DNA of 64,000 bases from Actinomycetota bacterium (GCA_037443725.1 JBBINU010000004.1:239451-303450), one strand, 5' to 3'. Shown: positions 53,580-63,270, counted from the first letter of the stretch. Notes: generated from the letters alone by a model not told the origin. Translations and numbers: made by a program.

Positions 53580-54136
53580 GCTGCGGTCACCTTGGCTGGG
53601 ACCTCCAGGAGGACCTCGCAGGGAGCATGCTCTATCACGTACCTCACAGTCCTCCCGAAGATCTCGGGGGAGTCCCTCTTGGCCCCGAGGAGGATGAGGC
53701 TGGACTTGTCCCGGACTGCCAGCTCCACGATGGTCTTCCCCGCCCAGCGCGACTTAAGCACCCGAGTGTAGAGCTCCACGCCGTGCCCCTTGGCTATCTC
53801 CTTCGCCTCGGAAAGGGCCTTCTCCGCCTTGGCCCGCTCCTCTGGCAGGTCAGCGTCGGGCGGGACCGTGAGGGGCAGCTCGATGACGTAAACGGCGCTC
53901 ACATCGGCTCTGGTCTCCTTGGCGAGAAGGCAGGCGAACTCCACCAGCCGCCGCGTGAAGGGGGTTCCGAGGGAGGGAACGAGTATGTTGTTAATCCTTA
54001 CCCTGGCAATCTCCTCCTCGGGCGGGAGCTCCTCCTGCCTCGGGACCCTGAACATCCAGACCAGCGTCCCTCCGAGGCTTGCCGCGAAGGCCGCTCCCAG
54101 CAGGAGCCCCCAGGGCGTGATGATCACCTCGGCCAT
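53576..54136 (-). CDS. Universal stress protein (UspA family) with an N-terminal TM anchor
   Basis: The start at MAEVIITPWGLLLGAAF (TM) is preceded by a GGTGAGGAG RBS. The Usp domain runs …VLVPSLGTPFTRRLVEFA…VYVIE…ILLGAKRDSPEIFGRTVRYVIEHAPCEVLL. Confidence 0.8.
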   Translation of the reverse strand: MAEVIITPWGLLLGAAFAASLGGTLVWMFRVPRQEELPPEEEIARVRINNILVPSLGTPFTRRLVEFACLLAKETRADVSAVYVIELPLTVPPDADLPEERAKAEKALSEAKEIAKGHGVELYTRVLKSRWAGKTIVELAVRDKSSLILLGAKRDSPEIFGRTVRYVIEHAPCEVLLEVPAKVTAA

Positions 54137-54140
54137 CTCC

Positions 54141-54341
54141 TCACCTACCCCTAAGGGCCCTCCAGGCCTCCCGGAACCGCACCAGGGCCAGAACAAGCAT
54201 GGCAGCTCCGATGGCCGCGTAATGAAGACCCCTTCCCTCGAGCACCGCCCTCACCAGAATAACCACGCCCAGCACGGCCAGAAGAACGTCCACCGTGAGG
54301 ATGTATCTCTCCCGGAAGCCAACCTTCGGTCCCATGCCCAA
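54141..54341 (-). CDS. Possible small two-TM membrane protein (66 aa)
   Basis: It is a hydrophobic ORF (…YILTVDVLLAVLGVVILV…AAIGAAMLVLALV…) that fills the gap between the permease and the usp gene. It has a TTG start, and its end overlaps the usp RBS. Prediction only. Confidence 0.3.
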   Translation of the reverse strand: MGMGPKVGFRERYILTVDVLLAVLGVVILVRAVLEGRGLHYAAIGAAMLVLALVRFREAWRALRGR

Positions 54342-54366
54342 GCGCCCACCCTTAAAAGACGGTGTC

Positions 54367-56019
54367 CTAGAGCCTCGCCTCGGGGGCCCTCTTCCTCTCC
54401 CTCCTCTCCATGGCCCTCAAGTACTCCTCGAGGACCTCCCTCTCCTGGGCGTCGGCAAGGACCTTCACCTGCTCTTGCTCCCAGTCCCTGGGCAGGGTCC
54501 TGAAGACCGGGTAGCCGTTCCTCTTTCTGAACCAAGCGTAGATGAGGGCGCCGAGAACGAGCCAGGCGGGCCCCGCGACCCTGCCTATCGCGTGGGTCAG
54601 GACCACCATGAAGAAGATGCTGGAGACCCCGAGCATCCCGAGGATCCCGAGGACGGGGAAGTCCACCACCTCCCCCCGCCACCGGATCCTGAGGTTACCG
54701 GGCACCCTGAAAGGCCTCGGAGTGTACGGGTCCTTAAACCTGAGGACAATGAGGGAGCTGAAGACCAGGATGTATCCGGCGGTCGCCCCGAAGGCATACA
54801 TGTTGCCCAGGGTGTGCAGGGCGTTCTCGGAGAGACCAGCCAGGAAGAGCCAGGCCAGCCCCACCCCCCCGAAGACCCAGATGGTGCGGGAGGGCGTCCG
54901 GTAGACGGGGTGAACGTGGGCAAACCAGGCTGGCATGAGCCTGAAGGTCGCCATGGACCACGAGATGCGGCTCGAGCCCATGACCCCGGTGTTGGCGGAG
55001 ATGAAAAGGAGGGTGGCCCCGAGGAGGGCAGCAAAGGGTCCGGCGATGATACCGAGAAAGGGGATGAGCCTCGCGAGGAAAGCAACCGGGTCCTCCTGCC
55101 TCGCGGCTATCTGGTCCCAGGTGGTGACCCCCAAGCCCATGGTAGAGAAGGCGAGGGCATATATGAGAACGGTTATGATGAGCGCTTTAGAGGTCCTCGG
55201 CACCACGCTGGCAGGCCTCACCGTCTCCTCTGCCGCCTGGGATATGGACTCGAGCCCCACGAAGGAGATGATGGCCAGGGTGGACCCGAGCATGAACTCG
55301 AAGCCAGAGGGGCGGCTCCCCGCCAGGGTCCCCGTGACCTGACTCACGAAGAGGTCCGGCTTGAAGGCGAAGAGGAAGCCGAAAAGGCAGATGGCCGACT
55401 CGTTCATCATGTCCAGAGCCCCGAGGACCTCGTTCACGCGGGAGGATTCCCTGATTCCCCTGACGTTCAGGACGAGCAGGACGAGAACGATGACGGCGCC
55501 CGTGAGGATGAGCCAGGGCTGATCCACCGGGAAGTGCACCTTCTCCTTGAGGACGGGGAAGAAGTAGCTCGCGTAGCCCGCGGAGGCGAGGGCGAAGAGA
55601 GCCACGTCCAGGGTGAAGTCCAGGAGCAGGGCCCACCCCGCTATGAAACCCGCGAAATCACCGAGGCCCCGGAGGGTGTAGTACTGCCCTCCTCCCGCCA
55701 CGGGGTAGGCGGCTGCGAGCTCGGTATAGGCCAGACCTATGAGCACGTAGACGCTTCCGGCGAGGGCAAAGGCAAGGGGGGTGAGGCCCTTGCCATATGC
55801 CATCACCAGCCCCAGAGCGACGTAGATATCGGCTCCGACGTCCGCGTACCCCCAGGTAAAGGACCCCCAGGTTCCTATGGCCCGGCGTAGGGAGACCCCA
55901 GTCTCGACCCGATGAACGGCCTCCTGGCTGCGGGCGTTTCCCTCGCCTTCTCCGGCCCTCACCGCCTGCTCCGTCTCTCGCCCCGGCCTTGCACGGCGGG
56001 TGATTCTACGACTCGCCAT
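54367..56019 (-). CDS. APC-superfamily amino acid/polyamine permease
   Basis: It has 12 or more TM helices and APC-family motifs (…YVLIGLAYTELAAAYPVAGGGQYY…). The start is placed at MASRR. The track ORF begins 15 codons upstream, at 56064. Confidence 0.8.
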   Translation of the reverse strand: MASRRITRRARPGRETEQAVRAGEGEGNARSQEAVHRVETGVSLRRAIGTWGSFTWGYADVGADIYVALGLVMAYGKGLTPLAFALAGSVYVLIGLAYTELAAAYPVAGGGQYYTLRGLGDFAGFIAGWALLLDFTLDVALFALASAGYASYFFPVLKEKVHFPVDQPWLILTGAVIVLVLLVLNVRGIRESSRVNEVLGALDMMNESAICLFGFLFAFKPDLFVSQVTGTLAGSRPSGFEFMLGSTLAIISFVGLESISQAAEETVRPASVVPRTSKALIITVLIYALAFSTMGLGVTTWDQIAARQEDPVAFLARLIPFLGIIAGPFAALLGATLLFISANTGVMGSSRISWSMATFRLMPAWFAHVHPVYRTPSRTIWVFGGVGLAWLFLAGLSENALHTLGNMYAFGATAGYILVFSSLIVLRFKDPYTPRPFRVPGNLRIRWRGEVVDFPVLGILGMLGVSSIFFMVVLTHAIGRVAGPAWLVLGALIYAWFRKRNGYPVFRTLPRDWEQEQVKVLADAQEREVLEEYLRAMERRERKRAPEARL

Positions 56020-56079
56020 GGAGGTTCGCACGGCACTGGCTCGGCTTCGCGGGGCCAGCGACAAAGGGCAGTCCGAGAC

Positions 56080-56694
56080 TTAACTCGAGGACCCCACCCT
56101 TGAGCCCGACGGGCCGGAGCCGGCCACCGCGTCGGCGAGGCCCTTCAGGATCCTCGCGGTGGCCCCCCAGACCAGGTTGCTGGCAGCGAAGAAAGTGTAA
56201 GTGCTGATGCCGAGGACCTCCCCGGGCAAGAAAGCCTCCGGCCGCAGGACTTCCTCGAGGGGAACCTCAAGAACCTCATCCACCTCCGCTTCGTTCGGCC
56301 TGAAACTCGGGTCCTCCACCACCGCCACGACAGGTACCATTCTCACCCCCGTCACCATGGTGGAGGTGGCAGGTAGGCCACCAAGAACCCGCACCTCCCC
56401 CTCAAGGCCCAGCTCCTCTCTGGCTTCCCTCACGGCAGTGACAGCGAGGTCCATATCTTCCGGATGCCGCATCCCCCCCGGAAAGGAGACCTCTCCCGGG
56501 TGCCTTCCCAGGTTCCGCGAGCGCCTCGTCAGGACGAGATAGGGAAGCCCTCCTCGAAGGGCCACGAGGACGAGGACCCCGGCTTCCTCCCCACCTATCG
56601 GAGGCTCCACTGGCCCCACCACCTTAAGCAATCGGGCGAGGGCCGGATGGATCTCTCTCCCTTTCCGAGGCCCGGGCACTGACTCTTGGGACAC
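56080..56694 (-). CDS. NUDIX hydrolase (CoA-pyrophosphatase-like)
   Basis: A Nudix box 'GGMRHPEDMDLAVTAVREAREELGL' is present. The overall pattern resembles the NudL/CoAse subfamily. Confidence 0.8.
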   Translation of the reverse strand: MSQESVPGPRKGREIHPALARLLKVVGPVEPPIGGEEAGVLVLVALRGGLPYLVLTRRSRNLGRHPGEVSFPGGMRHPEDMDLAVTAVREAREELGLEGEVRVLGGLPATSTMVTGVRMVPVVAVVEDPSFRPNEAEVDEVLEVPLEEVLRPEAFLPGEVLGISTYTFFAASNLVWGATARILKGLADAVAGSGPSGSRVGSSS

Positions 56695-56753
56695 GAAAGC
56701 AGTCTAGGACGCCGCGGCCGGGAGGGGACGCGGGACTCCTGGAAGCCCTCGCC

Positions 56754-56759
56754 TATAAT
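56754..56759 (+). promoter_or_regulatory. Consensus -10 hexamer TATAAT (plus strand) inside a 450-nt non-coding gap
   Basis: An exact TATAAT sits 11 nt upstream of the GTG of the small hydrophobic ORF. No good -35 was seen (CTGGAA at the -35 position). Confidence 0.35.
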
Positions 56760-56770
56760 GCGAGCCTCGG

Positions 56771-56881
56771 GTGAGCGGAGTAACTCTTGCAGCCATAACT
56801 GAGGGAGGTCCTGCCTTTATAGCGCTGGGAGCCCTTGTCCTCACCTTCTTTGTTGTCCTTTACACCGTCCTCAGCCGGTAG
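56771..56881 (+). CDS. Putative 36-aa hydrophobic peptide (MSGVTLAAITEGGPAFIALGALVLTFFVVLYTVLSR)
   Basis: A GTG-initiated ORF is antisense to both flanking genes, with a single predicted TM helix and a TAG stop. It would be near-leaderless from the TATAAT at 56754. It is not in the supplied track, which appears to list only ORFs of 60 aa or more. Confidence 0.3.
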   Translation: MSGVTLAAITEGGPAFIALGALVLTFFVVLYTVLSR

Positions 56882-57147
56882 GGGCCTTCAGTGAAGAATG
56901 AGGTCGAGCTCCCAGTCGAAGCCCTCTTCGTCTGACTCGCCGGGTTGCCTCGGATGGCCGGGACGGACGGACTCTTCCCCCGCTCCCTCTCGGCCTTCCC
57001 CGGAGGCGGGCAGCCTTGGATCCGCTTCCACCTCGCGCCTCACCGCTGGGCAAGGCTCCTCGGTGCTACCCTCGCTCGGCCTAGGTGAGGACCCCACCTG
57101 CCTCATGGCCGCAAGAATACAACGGCCCCAGAGTCCCGGACCCTACC

Positions 57148-58590
57148 TCACGAGAGGATACGCGGGGTCCTATCAGCCCAGGGTCTTGCCTCCTCGAGCT
57201 GGGATGCAACCCTTATAAGCAGGTCCTCCCGCCCGTACGCAGCCACCAGCTGCACCCCGATGGGAAGGCCCTCCCGGTTCCACCAGAGAGGGAGGGAGAT
57301 GGCGGGCTGACCCGTCACGTTCACCCATGGGGTGAAGGGAACCAGCGATGCCCCTCTCATTAGGGCCTGGAGGGGGTTTTCTGGATCGGGGGCGAGCTCC
57401 CCCAAAAGAGGCGGCGGCTCGGCTATGGTGGGAGTCAAGAGGAGGTCGAACCCGTCCCACCACGCCGCCACCTTCCTGGTGTTCCCGGCCAGCCAGGCCA
57501 GGGAGGTGTACACGTCCAGGGCCGAGTAACCCCTCCCCATCTCGGCCAGGGCCCAGGTGAGGGGCTCCACATCCTCCGGGCCGATCCTCCTGCCCGTCCG
57601 CTCTTCCCAGTACCGCAGGTTCCCTGCCACCCCCACCGCCCAGAGGGTGATGAAGTGGCCGGCATACTCGGGATCCTCCAGGGCTCGTGGCCAGGCCTCC
57701 TCCACATGATGCCCGAGATCCTCGAGGAGCTCCGCGGCCGACCCCAGAGCTTGAGCGCAGTCGGGGTGGACCTCGCCCAGCCCGCCGGGGGCCGAGCGCA
57801 TCACCCCCACCCTGAGCCTGCCCGGCTCGGCTCCCACCTCCTCCCTGTAGGGCCTCGCAGGCGGCGGCGCCGGTGAGGGATCCCCGGGCATCGGCCCAGC
57901 CACCGCATCCAGGATGGCAGCGGTATCCCTCACGCTCCGGGCGAGCACGTGCTCGACCACGAGTCCTCCGGGGAGCTCAGGGTAGTCGGGCCCGAGAGAG
58001 GTCCGCCCGCGCGTCGGCTTAAGCCCCACGAGCCCGCACATGCTCGCCGGGATCCGTATGGACCCACCACCGTCGTTGCCGTGGGCCACGGGAACCATCC
58101 GTGAGGCCACCGCCGCCGCCGACCCGCCGCTCGAGCCACCCGGGGTACGGGAGGTATCCCAGGGGTTCCTGGTGGGTCCGAAGGCAGCGGGCTCCGTGGT
58201 GGGTACTATGCCCAGCTCCGGCGTGTTCGTCTTCCCCAGGAAGACGAACCCCGCCCGGCGGAACCTGGCAGCCAGGAAGGTGTCCTCCGCCTCCCTCCAC
58301 CCAAGGGCCTTGAGAAAGCCCATCCCCTCGAAGAAGGGGTCACCAGCGGTGTGGCAGACGAGATCCTTGAGAAGAAAGGGGACCCCTCGAAAGGGCCCCC
58401 TCGGGAGTTCCGGAGAGGAGGCCTCCGCCAGAGCTTTCTCGAACCGCGTATAGATGACGGCGTTAAGGATGGGGTTGAGGGACTCTATCCTCCTTATGGC
58501 CGCCTCGACGAGTTCGGAGGGCTTCACCTGGCCGGCGCGAACCAGCTCGGCCTGGGCGGTGGCATCTAGGTGGGCCAGCTCGTCCCACAC
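57148..58590 (-). CDS. Amidase (amidase-signature family)
   Basis: The 480-aa product carries the AS-family Ser-cisSer-Lys signature region (…[33 protein letters not shown]…) and a KDL motif at the N-terminus. Confidence 0.85.
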   Translation of the reverse strand: MWDELAHLDATAQAELVRAGQVKPSELVEAAIRRIESLNPILNAVIYTRFEKALAEASSPELPRGPFRGVPFLLKDLVCHTAGDPFFEGMGFLKALGWREAEDTFLAARFRRAGFVFLGKTNTPELGIVPTTEPAAFGPTRNPWDTSRTPGGSSGGSAAAVASRMVPVAHGNDGGGSIRIPASMCGLVGLKPTRGRTSLGPDYPELPGGLVVEHVLARSVRDTAAILDAVAGPMPGDPSPAPPPARPYREEVGAEPGRLRVGVMRSAPGGLGEVHPDCAQALGSAAELLEDLGHHVEEAWPRALEDPEYAGHFITLWAVGVAGNLRYWEERTGRRIGPEDVEPLTWALAEMGRGYSALDVYTSLAWLAGNTRKVAAWWDGFDLLLTPTIAEPPPLLGELAPDPENPLQALMRGASLVPFTPWVNVTGQPAISLPLWWNREGLPIGVQLVAAYGREDLLIRVASQLEEARPWADRTPRILS

Positions 58591-58816
58591 GGGGTGAGGC
58601 TACCCGGGCAGTCCTCTCCGGTCAAGGTCGCCCCCGAGCCCCGGCAGGCCGTGAGAAGGACCCCTGGCACCGGGCTCGGCCTTATACTCTGCCCATGGAC
58701 GGGTCCGGCGAGGTCAGAGGCGAGCTGGGAGTGGGGCGTGGGAGCGGACCCGGAAGGCCGATGGGCGGTGGCCGCCGGGAGTGGGGTGCGTCCCGGGTAG
58801 ACGGAAGGAGGTTGGT

Positions 58817-59947
58817 TTGACCCGGGAGAACACCCAGTGGAAGGACCTCTACCGGGAGGTCGTGACGGCGGGACTCTGCACGGGATGCGCTGCCTGCGTG
58901 ATGGTCTGCCCCAGGGACGTTCTCCGCTACGACCACACCGATTCTTACAAGCCGTACAACATAGATCCCGAGACCCCGGCCGACGACTGCATCCACGGCC
59001 AGAGGGGCTGCGACATTTGCACCCGCGCCTGCCCCCGCTTTAGAGCCTGGGAGATGGAGGCGGACACAGCCCTCTTCGGCAGACCCAGGGATCCCCGTGA
59101 GGTCTTCGGCGTCTACCGCAGGCTCCTTCTGGCCAGGGCCACCGACCCCGAGGTGCTCGCGGTGGCCCAGGACGGAGGCCTGGTCTCAGCACTGCTCCTC
59201 TTCGGCCTGGAGACCGGCAGGATAGAGGGAGCCCTCACCTCCCGCCTCTCTAGCGAGAGAATATGGGACGCCGAGCCCTTCCTCGCCACCACCAGGGAAG
59301 AGGTTCTCGCCGCCGCAGGTTCCAGGTACACCTACTCCGCCAACCCCCTGGCCGCCCTGGAGGCCGAGGAGAGGGGGGTGAAGCGCCTCGCCCTGGTGGG
59401 CATGGGCTGCCAGGCCTCGATCAACGGCACCCTCTCCGCGAGGAATGTGGCGAGGTGGAGGAAGAGAATAGTCCTCACCCTCGGGCTGCTCTGCTCCAAG
59501 AGCTTTACCTACGACCTCATGACCAAGAAGATCCAGGAGGAGATGGGGATTCCCTTGGAGGACGTGGCCAAGGTGAACATCAAGGGGAAGTTCATACTCT
59601 GGCGTCGCTCCTCGGGAAACCGGGTGGACATACCCCTCAAGGCCTGCTACCCGTACACGCGGGAGGGGTGCAACAGCTGCCCTGACTTCTCCGCGGAGCA
59701 TGCGGACATCTCCGCCGGAGGCCTCGGCCATTCCGACGGGTGGACCGTGACCATCGTGAGAACCGAGAACGGGGAGGAGTGGATACGGGCTGCTTCCGAG
59801 GCGGGCTACCTGGAGCTAAGGCCGGGGGAGGAGGACCCCCACGCCTGGGAGATGGTGGCCAAACTCGCGGCCAAGCAGCGGGAGCGCTGGCCCGTCAAGG
59901 AGGGAGAGGCATCCCGGCCTGGGCTCGCGTCGTCCCAGGGAGGCTAG
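58817..59947 (+). CDS. FrhB/FdhB-family flavo-iron-sulfur oxidoreductase (coenzyme F420 hydrogenase/dehydrogenase beta-subunit-like)
   Basis: It has two N-terminal ferredoxin motifs (CTGCAACVMVCP, CDICTRACP) followed by FrhB_FdhB_N/C-like regions (…LALVGMGCQASINGTLS…, …CNSCPDFSAEHADISAGG…). The start is placed at a TTG after GGAAGGAGG. The track start at 58781 is also possible. Confidence 0.7.
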   Translation: MTRENTQWKDLYREVVTAGLCTGCAACVMVCPRDVLRYDHTDSYKPYNIDPETPADDCIHGQRGCDICTRACPRFRAWEMEADTALFGRPRDPREVFGVYRRLLLARATDPEVLAVAQDGGLVSALLLFGLETGRIEGALTSRLSSERIWDAEPFLATTREEVLAAAGSRYTYSANPLAALEAEERGVKRLALVGMGCQASINGTLSARNVARWRKRIVLTLGLLCSKSFTYDLMTKKIQEEMGIPLEDVAKVNIKGKFILWRRSSGNRVDIPLKACYPYTREGCNSCPDFSAEHADISAGGLGHSDGWTVTIVRTENGEEWIRAASEAGYLELRPGEEDPHAWEMVAKLAAKQRERWPVKEGEASRPGLASSQGG

Positions 59948-59962
59948 AGATGGGAGAAAGGG

Positions 59963-60784
59963 ATGGAGAAGTCCTATCACCAGCTCTCAGCCGGTAGGGT
60001 CGCTCTCGTCGATGAGGGAGAGGGGGAGCCCCTCCTCCTCCTTCACGGCATACCCACTTCTTCTTTCCTCTGGAGGAAGGTGGTTCCCCTCCTCTCCCGG
60101 TACCACAGGGTCCTCGCCCCGGACCTCCTAGGCTATGGCGACTCGGAGAAGCCCGCCGGGGCGGACCTTGGGGTGAGGGCTCAAGCGAGGTACGTCGCGG
60201 AGCTCCTGGAGAAGCTCGGCTGGGAGAGGGGGACAGTGGTCGGGCACGACATCGGGGGAGGGGTAGCACAGGTTCTCGCCGCCGAGAACCCCGAGATGGT
60301 CCGGGCCCTGGTGCTGGTGGACTCCATAGCCTACGACTCCTGGCCCGTGCCAGAGATAGAGAGACTGAAGGAGCCAGTCTGGGACGAGATCTTCAAGACC
60401 CTGGATCTGTCCCGGGGGTTCAGGAAAGCCCTCGAGAGGGGACTCGTCAGGGTCGCCGTGGACGACGAGCTCGTCGAGGCTTATGTCCGCCCCTTCGCCG
60501 GGGAAGGGCGCTTCGCCTACCTGAGGGCCGCCCGAGCCTTGAGGACCGAGGACCTCCTCGACCTCATGCCCCGGGTGGAGGCCCTCTCCATACCCACGCT
60601 ACTTCTCTGGGGCGAGAGGGACGAGTTCCAGAAGGTGGAGTACGCCAGGCGCCTCGAGGCGGCGATGCCCAAGGCGAAGCTCCGGGCGATCCCCGAGGCC
60701 GGCCATTTCCTCCCCGAGGACGCCCCCGAGGACGTCGCCTCGGCCATCCGCGAGTTCCTTCAGGAGGAGAGCGCTGGAACCTAG
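59963..60784 (+). CDS. Alpha/beta-fold hydrolase
   Basis: A nucleophile-elbow motif in 'VVGHDIGGGVA' (a G-x-D-x-G variant, haloalkane-dehalogenase/epoxide-hydrolase-like) is present, with a C-terminal His in 'EAGHFLPEDAP'. Confidence 0.8.
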   Translation: MEKSYHQLSAGRVALVDEGEGEPLLLLHGIPTSSFLWRKVVPLLSRYHRVLAPDLLGYGDSEKPAGADLGVRAQARYVAELLEKLGWERGTVVGHDIGGGVAQVLAAENPEMVRALVLVDSIAYDSWPVPEIERLKEPVWDEIFKTLDLSRGFRKALERGLVRVAVDDELVEAYVRPFAGEGRFAYLRAARALRTEDLLDLMPRVEALSIPTLLLWGERDEFQKVEYARRLEAAMPKAKLRAIPEAGHFLPEDAPEDVASAIREFLQEESAGT

Positions 60785-60803
60785 GGATTACAGGGCCGCT
60801 GGC

Positions 60804-61847
60804 GTGGACCAGGCCCTAGAAGACGAGGTCATGGCCGGGTTCCTGGCCACGATCCTTCCCACATGCAACCTGTCGCACCTGCCCGTCCTCATCGGCCCCG
60901 AGAGGAAGCACTTCGCAGCCCTGCTGGATGCCGGGAGGGGGCTTGGCCTGGCCCTCTCCGCCGACGGCGTCGGGACAAAGCTCCTGGTGGCTGCGGCCAC
61001 AGGGAGGTACAGGGAGGTGGGCCAGGACCTGGTAGCCATGAACGTGAACGACGTCCTCTGTCTAGGGGCGAGACCCGTCGCCCTCCTAGACTACGTGGCC
61101 CTGCAGCGGGTTCGGAAGGACCTCCTCCTCGGCCTCGCGGAAGGTCTGCGCATAGGGGCAGAAGAGGCGGGGGTGGCAGTGGTCGGGGGCGAGGTTGCCC
61201 AGGTTCCCGAGGTCCTGGCCGGGCAGGGTGAGGGGTTCGAGCTCGCCGGGGCCTGCCTCGGAGTGGTCCCCCTGGACCGCGTGGTGGATGGATCCCGCCT
61301 GCGTCCCGGAGACACCGTCATCGGGCTGACCAGCTCTGGCCTGCACGCCAACGGTTTCACCCTGGCGAGAAAGGTTCTAAGGGAGGCCGGCCTTTCCCTG
61401 GAGGACCGCCCCCCGCCCCTGGGGGAGACCCTCGCCGAGGCCCTGCTCCGGCCGACCCGCATCTACGTTCGGGGGGTTCTGGCCCTCCTGGAGGAGGTGG
61501 AAGTTCACGGCCTCGCTCACATCACGGGCGGAGGCCTCCTCAACCTCCTCCGGCTGAACCCGAGCGTCGGGTATGTCCTGGACGCCCTGCCCGAGCCTCC
61601 GGCCATCTTCCAACTCCTGGCCGAGGTGGGCCGGATCCCTCCCGAGGAGATGTACTCCGTCTTCAACATGGGGATCGGTTTCTGCGCCGTGGTCCCCCCC
61701 GAGCACACCGACCGAGCCCTGAGGGTGCTGGGGGAGGCCGGGGAAGAAGCCATACCCCTAGGATCTGTCACCGTCGAGGCGGCGACCCTTCGCCTTCCCA
61801 CCCGCGGCCTGGTGGGCCGGGGAGAGGCGTTCCTCAGACTGCGCTAG
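60804..61847 (+). CDS. PurM-like (AIR-synthase-related) protein, possibly phosphoribosylformylglycinamidine cyclo-ligase
   Basis: The 'SADGVGTKL' and 'DLVAMNVNDVLCLGARPVALLDY' motifs match the PurM N-domain and a PurM_C-like C-terminus is present. The 347-aa length fits PurM, but the gene is not in a pur operon. Confidence 0.6.
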   Translation: MDQALEDEVMAGFLATILPTCNLSHLPVLIGPERKHFAALLDAGRGLGLALSADGVGTKLLVAAATGRYREVGQDLVAMNVNDVLCLGARPVALLDYVALQRVRKDLLLGLAEGLRIGAEEAGVAVVGGEVAQVPEVLAGQGEGFELAGACLGVVPLDRVVDGSRLRPGDTVIGLTSSGLHANGFTLARKVLREAGLSLEDRPPPLGETLAEALLRPTRIYVRGVLALLEEVEVHGLAHITGGGLLNLLRLNPSVGYVLDALPEPPAIFQLLAEVGRIPPEEMYSVFNMGIGFCAVVPPEHTDRALRVLGEAGEEAIPLGSVTVEAATLRLPTRGLVGRGEAFLRLR

Positions 61848-61934
61848 CCTGGCCCCGGGGACCCAAACCGGTAGGGTCTCCACTACCCCAAGTTGCGCGC
61901 CCTGCAGGCGCCGCCCGGCAGATCTTGAAGAAAC

Positions 61935-62252
61935 TCACTCCGCCTTCTGCCAGGAGGCCACCCTAGGGTGGTCGTGATCGACCGGGCCGAGCTTTGCAGC
62001 TCCCCCTGGCGAGCCGAGTTCGGAGAAAAACTCGGCATTGATGGCCTTGAACTCCTTCCACTGATCGGGGAGGTCATCCTCGTAGAAGATGGCCTCCACC
62101 GGGCAGACCGGCTCACAGGCCCCGCAGTCCACACACTCGTCGGGGTGGATGTAAAGCATTCTCGGCCCCTCGTAGATGCAGTCCACGGGGCACTCCTCGA
62201 CACAGGCCTTGTCCTTCACGTCTATGCAGGGTTCAGCAATGATGTACGCCAT
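61935..62252 (-). CDS. Ferredoxin (7Fe-type, [3Fe-4S][4Fe-4S], FdxA-like)
   Basis: The product begins [27 protein letters not shown]…[17 protein letters not shown], the classic 7Fe ferredoxin Cys pattern. Confidence 0.85.
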   Translation of the reverse strand: MAYIIAEPCIDVKDKACVEECPVDCIYEGPRMLYIHPDECVDCGACEPVCPVEAIFYEDDLPDQWKEFKAINAEFFSELGSPGGAAKLGPVDHDHPRVASWQKAE

Positions 62253-62397
62253 CTTCCCTCCACTCGCCGCCTACGCTTCCGCGCGGCACCAGATACCACC
62301 ATTCCCGCACGGAGTCAATTCCATCTCCCCCAAGCCGGGTGGCCCTCCCGGATACCGCAAGAAAGCTGCAAGAAACGAGAGGAGTTACCATTCAGGC

Positions 62398-63270
62398 GTG
62401 GCCCAGGTCCTCACCATCATCTCAGCGGACGGAACCCCCCTGGAGGCTAGAGCGAGACCGGGCCGGCCCGAAAGGGGGGCTCTCCTTCTCCATCCGCACC
62501 CGGCCTTCGGGGGGTCCATGGACGTGGAGCTCCTCCTTGTCCTCGAGGACGCCCTCTCGGAGCGCGGATTCACGTGCCTTCGCTTCAACTTCCGGGGTGT
62601 AGGGAGGAGCGGAGGAAGCCGGGAGGACGGCAGGGAGGTCGAGGACGCTCTGGCCGCCTCGGCCGCCCTGGCAGACCTGCTCCGCCCAGGAGCCTTCATG
62701 GCTTGGGTGGGGTGGTCCTTCGGTGCAGCCGTCGCGCTCGGGGCAGCGCTGCGGACAACCCCGCAAGCCCTCGCCCTCCTCTCCCTCCCCCTCACGGGGC
62801 TCCCGCAAGGTCTAGTACCTTCACCTCCGCCCGACCTCTCCGCCGTCCAGGGGTTCAAGCTCCTCCTCGCCGGCGACTCGGACCCCTGGGCCCCGCGGGA
62901 AGCCCTGGAGGACCTCCGCTCCCGCCTCCCTCCCCCCGCCGAGATCGTCCAGATACCCGGGGCCGACCACTTCTTCTTCGGTCGGGAGACGGAGGTGGCG
63001 CAGGCCGTCTCTGAAAAACTTGCTGCCATCGCCGAGAAGCGCACCAGATCCGCGGTTCCCCCGGAGTGGGTGGGAAAGCGGGTGAGCCTGCGTTTCCTCC
63101 TTCCCGAGGGAGGGGTATCGGAGGCCGTGGGAACCCTGACAAGCCACGAAGGTGCCCTCCTCACCCTTGAGACCCGTAAAGGGAGGATCGAGGTACCCAT
63201 ATCCTGCGTGACCCACGCCCGACCGCTGGACCCCGGCCGAGGCCACGGACCCGATGGGGCCGGGCCGTGA
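62398..63270 (+). CDS. Alpha/beta-hydrolase-family protein with an extra C-terminal roughly 80-aa domain
   Basis: 'LLLHPHPAFGGSMD…LRFNFRGVGRSGG' and 'WVGWSFGAAVAL' (nucleophile elbow GWSFG) are present. The start is placed at a GTG downstream of the convergent ferredoxin gene. The track ORF start at 62176 would overlap the ferredoxin on the opposite strand. Confidence 0.6.
   Translation: MAQVLTIISADGTPLEARARPGRPERGALLLHPHPAFGGSMDVELLLVLEDALSERGFTCLRFNFRGVGRSGGSREDGREVEDALAASAALADLLRPGAFMAWVGWSFGAAVALGAALRTTPQALALLSLPLTGLPQGLVPSPPPDLSAVQGFKLLLAGDSDPWAPREALEDLRSRLPPPAEIVQIPGADHFFFGRETEVAQAVSEKLAAIAEKRTRSAVPPEWVGKRVSLRFLLPEGGVSEAVGTLTSHEGALLTLETRKGRIEVPISCVTHARPLDPGRGHGPDGAGP

Noticed and set aside
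56898-57218. A 106-aa + strand ORF, and the overlapping - strand ORFs 56871..57053 and 56888..57106, in the long gap between the NUDIX and amidase genes.
   Set aside because: Their translations are Ser/Pro/Gly-rich low-complexity sequence with no RBS. They are more likely non-coding or degraded sequence. The small hydrophobic ORF with a TATAAT just upstream is the more credible element in this gap.
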